From Octopus sinensis (taxonomy: Eukaryota), in assembly GCF_006345805.1 (NCBI RefSeq), contig NC_043024.1, positions 17,484,001-17,548,000 of the forward strand: a stretch of DNA of 64,000 bases, read 5' to 3'. This document shows positions 63,141 to 64,000 of the stretch, piece by piece. A program made the position numbers and the translations under genes. Under the pieces are notes generated by a model. It had not been told where the DNA came from and ran no database searches. It saw only the letters and a list, made by a program, of their open reading frames with translations. The first letter of the stretch is position 1. The number at the start of each line of letters is the position of its first letter.

Positions 63141-64000
63141 TATGTATGTATGTATGTATGTATTTATGTGTGTGTCTTTGTGTCTGTTTGCTCCCTCACC
63201 ATTGCTTGACAACCGATGTTGGTGTGTTTACGTCCCATAAATTAGAGGTTCAGCAAAACAGATCGATAGCATAAATACTAGGCCTGTAAAGAATAAGTCC
63301 TGGGGTTAATTTCTTTGACTAAAAAAAATCCCTTCAAGGCGCTGCTCCAGCATGGCTGCAGTCAAATGACTGAAACGAGTTAAAGAGTATATAAATCATT
63401 GTAACATATCTTTATAATGTGTGAATCAGTGTGTGTGTATACACATATGTATTTTTATAGTGTGTATCTGTGTACACATATGTGAGTGTGTGTGTATGCA
63501 TCTGTATAATGTCTGTGCTTGTAGCCAACACTTCCATCTCTTTTCATCCAATGTTACATTTTAAGTATCTGGTCTCATCTGAGCACTATTCTATCTCTAC
63601 CATACACTTCTGGGGGCATATTCTTACCCATATTATATATACACACACACATATACAGACAAGATCATTTCAATATATCTGCGTGTTTAAGTCCCATCTA
63701 TGTACACACACAATATGTGTGTCTTTGAAGAAATGCATGAATATCACACATTCTCATTGGTCTCCTTGAACAGCATGTGGTCTGATGCCCAATTAGAAAA
63801 TTTGATCAGCTTTCTCTCATGAGTAAAGAAAATATCCAAGAGTTGGCTGTTCTCTGAGAAGACGTTGGTTGATCCAAGGATAGATAACTCTTGGGATATA
63901 GATGGCACTAGGATTGGAAGGGAGAGCATCAGAGCAGTTCTTGTTTCAGGTCCACTAAGTCACTAGTCTTTCTATCATTACATAGATATATATATGCATA

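Overview
AT-rich, microsatellite-dense animal genomic DNA. The repeat content is what I recall from Octopus (inference, not a database result). I can identify no intact protein-coding gene, and nearly all ORF-track entries are translations of (TA)n/(CA)n/(ATT)n repeats. The window is a mosaic of: tRNA-derived SINE families (informal labels A, A2, B, C, F, G, J); RTE LINE 3' ends (D); R4/Dong-type and CR1-type LINE remnants; a full-length decayed mariner; two DD37D (maT) elements; Tigger-, piggyBac-, hAT- and Helentron-type non-autonomous elements; and two exact tandem duplications bounded by microsatellites. The most notable signal is a set of short non-coding, Penelope-like elements carrying hammerhead ribozyme (HHR) motifs. 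One is a fully canonical type I HHR with an extended stem II (61024-61119, minus strand) inside a 46-bp inverted repeat. One is an HHR on a tRNA-headed SINE whose head is duplicated as a hairpin (36313-36630). One family has an A6U-variant core (63010-63045). Weak splice-signal evidence for a host gene (27856, 28312, 58465, 21657) is reported at low confidence.
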